Of a stretch of 64,000 nt of DNA, positions 21,928 through 33,675 are shown in pieces; position 1 is the stretch's first letter; each line of letters opens with the position of its first letter. The position numbers and the translations under genes are program-made. The notes beneath the pieces are model-generated. The model did no database searches. It saw nothing but the letters and a program-made list of their open reading frames with translations, and was not told the origin of the DNA. The stretch is from Scenedesmus sp. PABB004 (taxonomy: Eukaryota): positions 806,001 to 870,000 of the forward strand of contig JABVCE010000002.1 of NCBI GenBank assembly GCA_014905635.1. The letters run 5' to 3'.

Positions 21928-24748
21928 TCAGCGCACGTTCCAGACGCGCGCGCGCAGCTGCAGCGCGCCGCCCGGCGCCGCAAACGCCGCCCAGGCGCCG
22001 GGCTGCCAGCACGCGCCGTGCAGGGAGACGTTGAAAAAGTCCCTGAAGCCCATGTCGCTGACCGGGCGCCCGACGCCGCGGCTGCGTACCCAGCTCGCCT
22101 GCGGCAGCACGTGCGCCAGCCAGCCGGCGGCGCCGGCGCCGCTCGAAAACGGCGCCTCCGGCTGCAGCTCCTCGCCGCCCGCGCCGGCCGCGCTGGCGCG
22201 CCGGGCGGCGCCCGCGCGCGGCGTGAGCCCTGCGCTCGGCGCGCGCGCCGCCGCCCTGCGCTGTGTGCCCAGCTCCGCGCTCTCCTCCGACGCCTCCGCC
22301 TCGTCTGTGCTCTCCTCGGCCGCCTCCTCCTCCTCCTCCGACTCGCTCTCAGGGATGACCAGCGCCGCCGCCGCCAGCTTGGCCGCCGCGGCCGCGGCCG
22401 CGCCGCGCCGCGCGCCGCCGGGCCCCGCGCCGCGCGGCGGCGCCGCGGCCTCGCAGGACAGGTCGCCGCTGCCCAGGCGCGCGGGCTGCCGGCCGCGCTG
22501 CCGCCGCTGGCTGCCCGCCGAGGCGCGCACCGCGAGGCTGCCGCTGAAGGCTGTGGTGCTCGTGCCCGGCTCCAGCGCATCGATGGCTGGCCAGGCCTCA
22601 ATCGCGAGCCGCGCGTTCCAGACCACGCCGCCCCGCTCGCCGGGCAGCGCGCGCCCGTCGGCGTCCGCGCCGCCCGGCGCCGGCGACGCATCGTCCGGCA
22701 GCCGCACGGCGGCCGCGGCGGACACGGCCTGCCGCGCCGCAGTTCCAGGCGTGGCCGAGCCCGCGCGCGCGGGCGCGCCTCCCGCGGGCGTGCCCGCGTC
22801 CGCGCCCGGCTGCTCAGCCGCCTGCTCGGCCGCCGCGCCAAACCCCAGCAGCGCCGCCGCCCACCTGCCGCGCCGGCTGCCGCCCGGCGTGAGCTGGCCC
22901 GCCGCGCCCGGGGTCGCGCCGCCCGGCGGCTGGCTGCCGGCCGCCGCTGCGCCGCCGCCGGCCGGCTGCTCGGCGCCCTCGGCCTCCTCGCTGCTGCCGC
23001 GCCCGGCGTCGCCGCCGCGCGGCGGCACGCGCGTGGGCTGGAAATAGAGCACCAGCCGCCACACGTGCCCCGCGAAGGCCACCTCGCGGCTGTGCAGCCG
23101 CGCGCCCTGCCGCTGCGCGAGCCCGGCCGGCGCGCTGGGCGTCGGTGGCGCGCCGCCCGCCGCCGGCGCGCCGCGCTTGCCGCGGCACTGCTGCTTGCTG
23201 CGGCGGCCGTCCTCGTCGCAGTCGTCGCCGCCGGGCTGCGCGCCGCCGGCGTCCGCCTCGGGCTGGTCGTCGCCGCGCCGGCGCTTGCGGAACAGACCCA
23301 CTGCCGCCGCGGCCGCCGCAGACACGGCGCCCGCGGCGCCCCAGGCGCCCCCCGGGGGCGCGCCGCCGCCGCTGCGCGCCGCGGCCGCCGCCTCGTCCGC
23401 CCTCTCGCGCGCGGCGGCCTCCGCCACGGCGGCCTCAAACGCGCGCTGCACCTCCGCGAGGGGGAGCTCCCAATCCAGCGCCAGCCCGGGGCCGTCGCCG
23501 CCGCCGCCGCCGCCGCCGCCCGCGGCGTCCTGGCTGCCGCCGCCCTCGCAGCTCGCTGGCCACGGGCGCGGGCCCGCGAGCCAGCCCGACGACGGCAGGC
23601 CGACGCAGGCGCGCGGGTCGGCGAGGCAGGCCCCCGCGTGCGGGTCGCACGCGCCGCGCGCCGCGCCGGCCGCCGCGGCCAGGCCCGCAGGGCCGAGGGC
23701 CGCCAGCAGCCAGGGCAGGCGCGGCACGACCGTGGCCAGGAAGCACGGCTCCAGCGCCGGCACCCGCACCGCGGCGGCCAGCGCGGCGAGCTGCGCCGCG
23801 CTCACGCTGCCGCCGCCGTCGCCGGCCGCGCCGCCGCCGCCGCCGGGCTGCTGCCGCGCCGCCAGCCAGGCCGCTGCCGCCGCCAGCGCGGTGTTCTCCG
23901 ACGCCGCGCAGGTGCGCTCGTCGTGCAGCAGCGCCAGCAGCGCTGCGGACGGCGGGCAGCGGTGTGGGCACGGCCGGCTGCAGCGGGCGCGGCGCAGGGC
24001 GGATGCGGCGCGGTGCGGGGCGGGCGCGGCGCGCCGCGGCGCACCCGGGTGCGGCAGCGCCTCCAGCGCCGCGCGCAGCTCCGGCGAGGCCATCGTCGCC
24101 TCCAGGTCCCCGAGGCGCCGCTGAAGGCGGTCGGCGCACGCCGCCAGGAAGCCGCGCAGCTCGCCGTCGTCGCCACCGGCGTCGCACCCCGCTGCGCCGC
24201 CGCCGGTCGCCGCCGTCGGCGCGAGCAGCGAAAACGCGAGGTGCACAGCCGCGTTGTCGAGCTCGGCGCGCGCCGCGGCGCCGCGCAGCGCCACCAGGCA
24301 CGCGCGGCGGGCGTCCGCGACGCCGAAGCGGTCAGCCAGGTACAGCACGCGCACCAGCGCCGCCTGCCCGCACTCCGCGTCGGGCAGCGCGCCGCCGCCC
24401 TCGTACACGACGCGCAGCAGGGCGCGCGCCGCGTCGGCCTGCTCCGGCGCGTCGACCGGCAGCGCCACCTCCGCGGCGCCGCCCTCGATCTGGGCCTTCC
24501 AAATCGCACTGGCATTGGCCAGCACGATGCCGTGGCCTGCGTCAAGGCCCGGCGCACGCAGGCGGCGGTTGGTTGCGGCGCGAGCAGCGGCGCCGTGCGC
24601 CGTGCACCGGCGGCGCCGCCGTGCGCCGCCGCGCGCCTGGCAGTCGCATGGGCGAGGCGCCGGGCGCGGTGATGCATATCCGGACGTCGCTAAGCTTCGT
24701 GGAGCAGAAATACTGCGCGAACGGGCGGGCCGTCGTGTTTTCGTCCAT
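21928..24748 (-). CDS. BTB/POZ (plus BACK-like) domain protein with a long low-complexity C-terminus
   Basis: FCSTKLSDVRICI, LPGHGIVLANASAIWKA, ALLRVVYEG, LVRVLYLADRFGV, LLHDERTCAASENT, AVRVPAL. MATH-like fragments FAGHVWRL and MGFRDFF. Confidence 0.8.
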
Positions 24749-24957
24749 CCTGCGACGGGGCAGCACGTGCCGGGGCGCGGGAACACCGATGGAGAGCACC
24801 GGGGCAGCGCGGGCTGCGCGGGAGTGGCAGGCAGCGGACAGCGCTGCACTGCGCAGCCTGCGCAGTCGCTTGAACGCCGTCGCGACAGCTGACGCGCGCG
24901 CTCAACTCCTGAGTTGCCATCGGCCCGCCCGCTGCCCCACTCACTCCCACCACCGCA

Positions 24958-27382
24958 TCACTCGGCACCGGGCCGCAGCAGCACGCGGCTGCCGCCGGGC
25001 GCCTCGAGCGCGTGCTCCAGCGCGTCCGTCCACTCCTCCAGGCCGTACTCGACGCTCGCCAGGCTGAGCAGCCCGCCGCGCACGAGCTCGCCGAGCGCAT
25101 CGAGGTCGGCGCGCAGCCTGGCGGCGCCGGCGCGCGTGTGCGCGGCGAGCGCGGCGCGCGCGTTGAACCCCTCCACGCGCAGCCCGCGGAAGACGAACGC
25201 GCCCCAGCGCAGCGCCGGCGCGGCGCCGGAGAGGCAGCCGTAGACGACGAGGCGCCCGCCCTGCGCCGCCGCGGGCGGCGGGCGCAGCGAATGGGGCGCG
25301 CCGCGGGGCGGGCACCGGCGCGGCGGCGCCGGCGACAGCCCCCCACCCCTCCCCTCGGCTGCGCGCCTGCTCCAGCGCGTCGGCGAGGCGCGCCGCTGAC
25401 TCGCCACCGACGGCGTCGAGCGCGAGGCGGGGGCGGGCGAAGTGCTGGTGCTCCTGCAGCTGCGCCTTGACCGACCCCTCGTCGCGCAGCACGAGCGTCG
25501 CGCCCAGCGCGCGCAGCGCCTCGGCGGCGGCGTCAAAGCGCGCCGCGGCGCCGGCGGCGCCGCCGCCGCCGCGCGGCGGGCGCAGCACCGCGACGCAGCG
25601 CAGGCGGAGCAGCTTGGCGAGCTGCAGCAGCGTCCGCCCCACCATGCTGTTGGGCGCGTTGAGCATGACGCAGTCGCCGGGCTGGCGCAGCGTGCGGGGC
25701 GCAGGAGGGGGGGGGGGCAGGCGAGGGGAGGGCAGGGGAGGTGGGACCCAGCACGGCGTGGCGGCACGCCGCAGCGCCCCTCGCGCGCGCGCTCGCCTTG
25801 AGCGTGGTGTCGCCCTCGAGCAGCCTGTACGCCGCCAGCAGCTCGCGCGCGCAGGCGAGCTGCTCCAGGGGGAGCGGAATCTCGTCCACGGCGTCGGCGG
25901 TCGCGCCTGCGCCGGCGAGGCGGCCGACCCTGACCAGGGACTTGGCCGCCAGCACGGCCGCCTCCGCCCAGCAGCCCGCCAGCGGCTCGGTCGGCAGGAC
26001 GACGTCGTTCTCGGCCAGGCCCTTCACGCCGGGCCCGACCTGCCGCGCGGCGGCGGGGGCGAGGTGCGGGGGTTGCGGGCAGCGCGTGCGCCCAGGCGGA
26101 GCGCCCACGCGCCGCGCCGCACCTTGACGACGACGCCGACGCCCGAGTGCCCGGCCACGAATGGCGGCTCGGCCGCCGCGTCGTCGTAGAGGCCGCCGAG
26201 GCGCACGGAGTAGATGTCACCCGGCGCCACGGGCGCGTAGCTGGCCCGCGCACGGGCGGGCGCGGCGGCGGCGGCGGCACGCACAGCCGGAGGCTCGGCG
26301 GCAGGCTCGGGCCCGCTCGAGCGGGCGGCGGCGCGGAGTGCGGCGCCCCGCAGCGCCGCGCCGACAGGCGGCGCTCGTCGCGCGGCGCGCGCGCGCGCAC
26401 CGCCAGTCGACCAGGACCTGCTGCCAGAGCAGCTCGGCCGGCAGCGGCTCGCGCGCCAGCTCCAACACCTTGCCGGGCTCGCCGGCGCGGCGGCAGACGA
26501 GCGCGAGCGCGCTGCGCGGCGGCAGCGGCACCGCGTCGAAGCCCACGACGCCGAAGCGCTCCGCCGCCGTCTCGCCCGTGAACACCTCGCCCGCGTCGCC
26601 GCCGCGCGAGCGCATCCAGGCCTGCACGCGCGCGCGCGCGCGGCGGCGAGGGTGTCTGTGTGAGGGGCCGGCCAGCCGCCGCGTAACAGTGCGACGGCCT
26701 GCGCAGCCCTGGCGCACCTCGAGGCCCGCGGTGTGGCTCTGCAGCTTGGTCTCGTCCTGCCGGACGGCGATCGCGTCCGCCACCGACGCCGGCGTGACGC
26801 TCGGGGCGGCGGCCGTGCGCGCCACGCGGTCGCTGAACGCGCCTGCGCAGGGGCCCGGCACGCGTCGGCACTCGAGGGGCGGCCGCCAACCGCGGCGCCG
26901 CGCGGGCACAGCTGGCGCGCTGCGCAGCGCGCCAGCTGCTCAGCATGCTGAGCCAGGGCGCGGCGCACCGCCCGCGAAGCGCTCGGCGAACGCCTCGGCA
27001 GCGGTCTTGAGAAGCTCTCCGGTGGCGTCGTAGTGCGCGCGCTTGGCGGCATCGCCCAGCACGGCGTGCGCCTGCGACAGCGCCGCCCAGCCGTCCGAGT
27101 CGCCGCCACGGTCAGGGTGCGCCTGCACGCGCCGCGCGCGCCAGGCGCGCTTGATCTGCGGTGCGGGCGGTGCCGGCGGTGAGCAGGAGCGACCGGAGAG
27201 CAGCGCCCAGGGGACCAGCGGCGGCGGCGGCGGCGGTGTGTGAGCGGCGACCAGGGGAGCAGCGACCAGGGCAGCAGCGGTGGCAGCAGCGCCGCGCCCA
27301 GCTGCGCACAGCCGCGCACCTCGCCGGCCGACGCGCCCGGCGTCAGACCCAGCGCGGCGTAGAGGCCTTGGGGGTCCGACAT
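24958..27382 (-). CDS. Fusion of an N-terminal DnaJ J-domain with an MDR-family trans-2-enoyl-thioester reductase (MECR/ETR1-like) domain; about 8 exons
   Basis: J-domain: LYAALGL, IKRAWR, HPDRGG, VLGDAAKRAHYD. Reductase: APVAPGD, GHSGVGVVVKVGPGVKGL, PGDCVMLNAPNSMVG, LALDAVGGES, LVVYGCLSG, VFRGLRVEGF. Confidence 0.85.
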
Positions 27383-27959
27383 TGGCGCGAGCTCGAGCAG
27401 GCAGCAGGCAGCAGCGGAGGGATGGCGGCGTGGCTCGCCGCCCTCTCACGACGCTCGCGGCAGCCTGGGCGTGAGCGCGTGCGGGAGCCGCGGTACGGGA
27501 GACGCAGTCTAGAGTGGCAGCGCGTGGGCGGAGCGCTCCGGCGCCGCGCGACGGCGAGCGTCGTCGCAGGGCTCAGCGCGCCCGCCTCGTCGCGTCGACG
27601 GGCAGAGGATGGAGTGGGACGGGGCGGGCGCTCTCGGCTGCTGGGGAAGCGACTCGAGCATTTACTTCACGACCACGCTCAACAACAAGGGGAGCCCGCG
27701 CAGAACTCGCAACGGCCGACGGTGGCGACGACCGCGCCCACTCGCGCCGCGCCCTCAAAATTGGATGTACAACACGCTAGTACTCGCCTCGCCTCGTCTC
27801 GAGCTGCAGGCAGCTGGCACACGCACGCGCAGCAGACAGATCGGGCGCCACTCTTCTGTACACAGCCGCGGCTGCGGGCGGCCCCGCGCGCGCCGCCTGG
27901 CAGGAGGCCCGGCGGCGCGCGGATGCGCCCGGAAACAATTCGTCGACGGCCCCGCGCGC

Positions 27960-29131
27960 TCACGCGGCGGCGGCGCGGCGCGCGCACGCGTACGCCGCCG
28001 CGCCCGCGACCGCGCCGACCACGAGTGCCAGCCCCGCGGCTGTGGCCGCGTCGGGCAGCGCGCCGCCGCGGCGCGACAGCCACGCCGGCAGCAGGCCCGC
28101 CTCGTCGCCGCACGGCGCGCGCGGCGCGGCGCCCCGCCTCGGCAGCTGGTGCACCGTGACCGGGCCCCAGCTCACGCGGCGCTGGCGCGAGCTGCAGGTG
28201 CTGCTCGCGGGCGAGGCGCAGCCGCTGTGCAGGCACACCTCGGCGTCGGGCGGCGTGGCGCCGCCGTCGAGGCTGCCGCTGCTCGAGTCGAGGCTGCTGC
28301 GCGAGCTCGCGGCCGCGGGCTTGGCCCAGCCGCCCGCGGCGCCGCCGTCCGCGCTGCTGCAGGCGCTCCCGCACGCGCTGCCGTCTGGCGACGCCGGGCC
28401 GAGGCGCTCGCACGGCGCCGCCGCGCCCGCGGGCTGCGCGGGCAGCTGCGCCGGCGCCTGCGCCCACAGGCGGCAGAGCAGCTGCCGGCCGTGCGGGGCC
28501 GGCTCAACCGCCAGCGCGCGGTGCCACGCGGCGGCCTGGTGCCGCTCCTGCGCCTGCTGCTCCGCCCGCTCGCGCTGCTGCTCGTCCTCCTGCACCCGCT
28601 GCTCCTGCTGCCGCTGCTCCTCGTCGTCCATGTCGTCAAACAGCACCAGCGGCGCGCGCGGCGCCGGCGCCGCGATCAACAAGCCGGCCGTGGCGGCGCC
28701 GCCGTCGCTCGCGCAGCGCCGGTGGCCCCGCGGCGCGGCGGGGGGCGCGGCCGGGGCGCGGCGCCCGCGGCCGCCACCTCTGCCAGCGTCGGCCGGCGCA
28801 CGGGCACGCTGGGCGCCGGCACGTCGCCGCCGTCGCTGTTGCTGCGGCTGAGCGGCTGCGCCGCCGGCCGCTGGGGCTGCTGGGGCTGCTGCTGCTGCAG
28901 CTGCTGCTGCTGCTGCGCCGCGCGCGGGCTGGGCTGCTGCGCCGCGTCTGCGTCGCGCTCCGCGGCCGCCGCCGTCGGGCGCAGCGCCGCCGGGACCGGC
29001 TGCGCGCCCACCGCGGCTGCGATCGCGTGCGCCAGGTCCTCCAGCGGCACGCTGGCCGCCCAGGTGGTCGACGGCTGCGGCGGGGGAGTGGGAGGCTCCG
29101 CCGCTGCCGGCGGCGCTCCGGCGGCCGACAT
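27960..29131 (-). CDS. Low-complexity hypothetical protein with a C-terminal hydrophobic anchor; apparent 1-bp frameshift near 28754
   Basis: MSAAGAPP...LEDLAHAIAAAV with poly-Q, then after a frame change GHRRCASDG, LFDDMDDEEQRQQEQ, RRVSW and GLALVVGAVAGAAAYAC. Confidence 0.5.
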
Positions 29132-29420
29132 CGCGGCGGCTTCCAGGCCTGCGGCGCGCCCGGGGCGGAGCGGCAGCCGTGATCAGCTGCACGCGCTCAC
29201 GCGCCGGGCAGGAGCGCCCTCGGCCGCGCGCAGCGGCGGCGTGCGCGCATCTGCGAGCCCGCTGCGCCCGATCGGCGCCGCGCCGCGCCGGGCCGCGCCC
29301 ATCGCCGCTGTCACGCCTCAACACACCTCGTGGCCGCGCCGGCGCGCCTGGGGGGCGACGAGCTGGGAGCTCCCGCCGGCTGCGTGCACTTCAAGCCGCC
29401 GGTCGCGCGGGAGCCGTCGA

Positions 29421-31003
29421 GAACGGGCCGCTGCAGGGCCGATCGACGACGCGTGCGGTGCGGGGGCTCTGGGCGGCGTCGCTTGACGGCAGCGCGTAGT
29501 AGGGCCCTCGCCCTCGCACAGCAGGGGGTCTGGCGAGGTGGGCGCACAGTCGCGGCGCTGTGCCGCCTCGCTGGCTGGCGCGCTGCGCAGCACTCTGGTG
29601 CAGCGGGCGGCGGCAGCGGCCTTGACCGCCTGCGCGCGCGACGGGTGTGACGCGCCTGTCAATCCTAACCTCCGCCGGTCGACTCGCTCGGCACCAGGGC
29701 GTGGTTTCTCGACCCGCGGGCGGCGCCAAGTGCTGGGCCCCAGGGCTGCAGCTCGCAGCGCCGGCCGCCGCAGCCAGCCAGCCGCCCGCTGCAGCGCCGC
29801 GCCGACGCCCCCAGCGCCCGCGGCCGCTGCACTCGCAGGCCTCGGTGCAACGTCTGTCACCACAGCTGCAGCCAGCCCCCCGCGTCGCACTCGTTCACGC
29901 GCGCACACGCGCGCCGTCGTTCCGTTTGGCCGCCGGCCGAGCCCGCGCCGCGTTCTTGCAGCGGCCGCCGCCCCGCTCGCCGCTCGCCGCTCGCCCCTAG
30001 GACGGCGCCGCCGCGGCCGCCGTCGCCACGGCCGCCGCCGCCGTGCCCGCCGGGTAGGGGCTCGCCAGCAGGTTGCTGCTGCTCGGCCCGGCGCGCGTGG
30101 GCCGGGCGGCGCCGGCGCCGCCTGCGCGCCCGGCGGCGCCTGCGCCGCGAGCGTCGCCGGGTGCCGCGCGCCGGCGGCCTGCTGCTCCAGTGGCACGCCC
30201 GCGACGGTGCTCTTGAGGTAGGCGCTCGCCGTCTTCTTGGCCGTCTTGCTCACAAACGCGCGCGCGCCCAGGCGCGAAAAGTTCATCGTCGCGGCGAGCA
30301 TGTCCTGCGCGACCGGCACCGACGCCGCGGCCGCCTCGCCCGCCTCGGCGCCGTACCTGCGCGCGCGGGGCGGCGCGGCGCGGCGGCTGGCGTCAGGCCG
30401 CGCCGGGCAGCAGCCCCACGGCCCAGCGCGCGCGCGCCAGGCGGCGCGCCCCCCGCCCCACCCCGCGCGCCTCCCCGCCCTCGGTGCGCAGCCGGCGCGC
30501 GGGGGCTCACTTGTAGGCCATGTACTGCTGCGTCGCCTCGGCGCTCTGCGCGAGCACCACGCCCGCGGCCGCCTCGAGCGCGTCGTAGACGTCGACAAAC
30601 GCGACCAGCCCCGCCGCGCCGACGGTGTGCAGCACGCTGCGCTCCTCCGCGCTCACCAGCTCGCCCTCGGCCTTGCGCGCCTTGCCGTGCCCCGGCAGGC
30701 TGCGCGCGATGGCGATCGCGGTCGCGTAGCTCGCCTTGCCCACGAGCGCCGCGAGCTTGCCCGTCACGTACGCCGCGCTGCTCGCGACGATGCCGGCGAG
30801 CGCGAGCCTGCGGCACGCCGCGCCGCGGCGGCAGGGGTCGGCGCGCGACCGCGGGCCGCGGGCAGCGGCGCACGCGCTGCGCCGCACCGCCGCGCCGCGC
30901 CGCGCCGCGCCGCACCCGCGCTTGAAGTGCGGCGACACCGCCGCGGGCTTGTCCGCGGGCGCGCCCTTGGCGAGCTGCTTCTCCTTGTAGCTGTGGATGG
31001 CGC
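29421..31003 (-). repeat. Right arm of the inverted duplication (partner 20307-21881)
   Basis: Reverse complement of the left arm; covers the 3' half and 3' flank of the ERD7-like gene. Confidence 0.95.
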
Positions 31004-31991
31004 CCGCGGTCGCGTGCGCGGCCTTGCCCACCGCGCCGGCGACCATCGAGCCGCCCCACAGCAGCCCCGCGGCGACCTTGTCCGCGGTCGCGTTGCCGCT
31101 CGCGGGCAGCACATACTTGCCCGCCGCGATCTGCGCCGGGCCGCCCGCGCCGGGCTGCTGGGCGCCCGCCGCGCCGGCCGGCGCCGCGGCCGCGGCCGCT
31201 GCCGCCGCCGCCGCCGCCGCCGCCGCGGCCTCGGGGCTCGCGCCCGCCGCCTCGGCGGCGTGCAGCGCGGCGGCCTGCTTGCCGCCGCTGAGCTTGTCCG
31301 CCTCCTCCGCCGCCGCGTCGACCTGCTTCGCCGTGCTCAGCGCGCAGCTGTCGTGCAGCACGTCCTGCACCGCCTCGAGCACCGGCGCGGGCGTGCCTGC
31401 GCGCGGCGGCGGCGCGGCGGGCGCTCGGCGCGCGCGCCGCGCAGCTGCCTGGCGCGCCTGGCGCGCGCGTGGCCCGCCCGGGGGCGGGGCAGGGCCCCCG
31501 CGCGCACCCTGGGGCAGGACCAGGATGAGGTACTCATCGCGGGTGTCCTCGAGGGCGAACGAGAAGATCGTCGGCGCGGCCTTGAGCGCGGGGAGGTGCT
31601 TGCCGAGCGGCCACGACCGGCACGCGACCGCCGCCTCGACGCGCAGCTCGCTCGGCAGCGCGCCGGCGTCGAGGCGGCCGCCCACGATCGACACGCTGAA
31701 CTCGCCGACCGCCGCGAGCTGCTGCGCGCCGCCGGCGACCTGCGCCGCGGCGGGCGGGCGGGCGGGCGGCGTCGGCTGCGCGTTCATGCGGCCGCCTCCC
31801 CTGGTGACGGGCCGCCCATGCGGCCAGCTGCGTGCATGCGGCCGCCATGCGGGCCAGCTTCCGGCGTCGGCGCCGACGCCGCGCCGCTGCTGGCGCGCGC
31901 TGCGTGGCGCGCCGCGTGCCGCGCCGCGTCGCACCGTGTGCAGCTCGGCGCCAGGCACCGTCAGCAGCACCTCGGCGCCGTCCGCCTCCAT
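29997..31991 (-). CDS. Senescence/dehydration-associated protein (ERD7/spartin senescence domain); about 5 exons; 1-bp frameshift near 30097 relative to its duplicate
   Basis: EVLLTVPGAELH, WPLGKHLPALK, KVAAGLLWGGSMVA, AGLVAFVDVYDALEAA, YKYGAEAGEAA. Confidence 0.85.
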
Positions 31992-32665
31992 GGCAGGGGC
32001 CCGCGGCGGAAGGCGCGCGGCGGAAGGCGGCGGCAACCGCTGGCGCCGGCGGCGGCTGCGGGCGTGCCGAGGTGCGCGGGCGTGAGCCCGGGATCGGCGG
32101 GCGCTGTGTGGGTGCGGGGAGCTGCGCGGAACTTGCGCCAGCTGGCGGAGTCTGGCGGGCGCGAGTCTGCCACGCCGCGCTCCTCGTGCCGCGCGCCCGC
32201 CCAGCCGGCATATTGTGCACCCACGACGGCTCCTTCTGTGAACGACCACGCGCACGTCCATCGCGCGCACGCCTAGCGCACGCAGCGGATATCGGACTAG
32301 GAGCAGCGCGAAGACGCGCGCTTGCTTGCCGACCAGGGAGTTCGAATCGACGACACGCGAGCGCCCCGGGCGGGCTTCTTCGTCGCGGCGAGGTGGGGCC
32401 TGAGGCACGTCGCGCCAGCGCTGCCCGAGCCGGCGCGGGCGCGCGCGGTCCGCTGGCAGCGGCGGTCGGTCGGTGCGGCCGTCGATCGGCGCAGCTCGCC
32501 GGCGGCCCGGCGGGCGCGGTTGGGCAGTGTCCGCGGCGGCGGCGGCGGCGGCCGTCGCCGATGACCCGTCGCCGCCTGGCGTGCGCGTCGCTCATCACCC
32601 TTCGCCGCCTGCATGCACGCCGCTCACGACCCTTCGCCGCCTGCACGCACGCCGCCGCGCAGGCC

Positions 32666-33073
32666 ATGAAGTGGCCGGGGCTCGGCACGGGCGGCAAGGC
32701 CAGCTCCAGCAGCGGCAACCTGCGCCGGCTTGCGCTGGACGAGGAGCCGCAGACGGCGCCGGCCACGCCGCGCCGCGCCGCCGCGAGCTCCGACGGCGGC
32801 GCGCGCGGCGACAACCCGATGCGCCGGCGCAGCCTGCCGGCGATGCACGTCGGCGCCGACGACGCCGGCAGCCTCGCCGCGTCGTGCGCGATGCTGCTGC
32901 ACCCACCGACCTGGGATAACCCGCTGCGTCGGCGCGGTTGCGCCGACCACATCCACCTGCGCGCGCTCAGCGAGTACCGCGCGCCGGCGATCGAGCGCGA
33001 GCTGCAGACCAAGGCGCTCTGCGCGGCGGCGAGCGCGCCGGCGCCGGAGGGCGACACCACCGCGCCGCTGTGA
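32666..33073 (+). CDS. Small hypothetical protein, 135 aa
   Basis: GCCATG start after a CAG acceptor-like site, coding-like codon usage, repeated DNP(M/L)RRR motif, TGTAA downstream at 33655. Confidence 0.5.
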   Translation: MKWPGLGTGGKASSSSGNLRRLALDEEPQTAPATPRRAAASSDGGARGDNPMRRRSLPAMHVGADDAGSLAASCAMLLHPPTWDNPLRRRGCADHIHLRALSEYRAPAIERELQTKALCAAASAPAPEGDTTAPL

Positions 33074-33654
33074 AGGGGGAGGGGGAGGGGAGGGCGAGGA
33101 GCGTCGCCCCCACCCGGGCGGGGCGCGCCGCGGCCCGCCTCTTGGCGGCGCCGCGGCGCGCGTGAGCGGGCCTGGCGGGCTCTCTTTGCGCCAGCACCTG
33201 TCGCCCGCGCTGCTGACGGCCGGCAGGCCGGCCCGAGGCGCGGCGGCACTCGCGGGGACTGGCGGCTGCGCCGCGTTTCTTTCGGCGCGAGGGATTGTGG
33301 CTCGCGCGCCGCTGACGGCCGGCCATCGGCGGCCGGCCCGAGGCCAGGGTTTGTGGGTGGGACTTTGTCGAGAGGCGGCCAGCAGCGAGAACGCACCGCT
33401 GCGCTCGCTGACCGGGCTGCGCTGAGCGGCGGCCAGCAGCAACGACCGGCGCGCGGCGGCGGGCGCCCTCTGCGCCGCCGCCGCGCGCCGAGTCACCCAA
33501 CGCAATGCACTCCGGGGGCGCCGCCCCTTGCGCGGCTGCGTCCGGGAATCTGTCGGCTAAGTACCTGCTTGTTTTTAATATCCTAGCCTTGTTTCGCCCC
33601 TAAGGCTCGCCCGCCTTGCCGCGCCGGGGAGCGCTCGTGCGCTCGCGAGCTCTC

Positions 33655-33659
33655 TGTAA
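33655..33659 (+). promoter_or_regulatory. Candidate chlorophyte polyadenylation signal TGTAA
   Basis: UGUAA is the established chlorophyte poly(A) signal; this copy lies downstream of 32666-33073. Confidence 0.4.
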
Positions 33660-33675
33660 CTCGTGTGTGACCCGC

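Noticed and set aside
29318..29996. Extended ERD7 C-terminus predicted by ORF 29318-30598
   Set aside because: It results from a 1-bp deletion near 30097. The duplicate copy shows the frame ending at the stop equivalent to 29997.
20307..31003. Composite or DNA transposon interpretation of the inverted repeats
   Set aside because: The arms are host gene sequence; no transposase or target-site duplication is visible.
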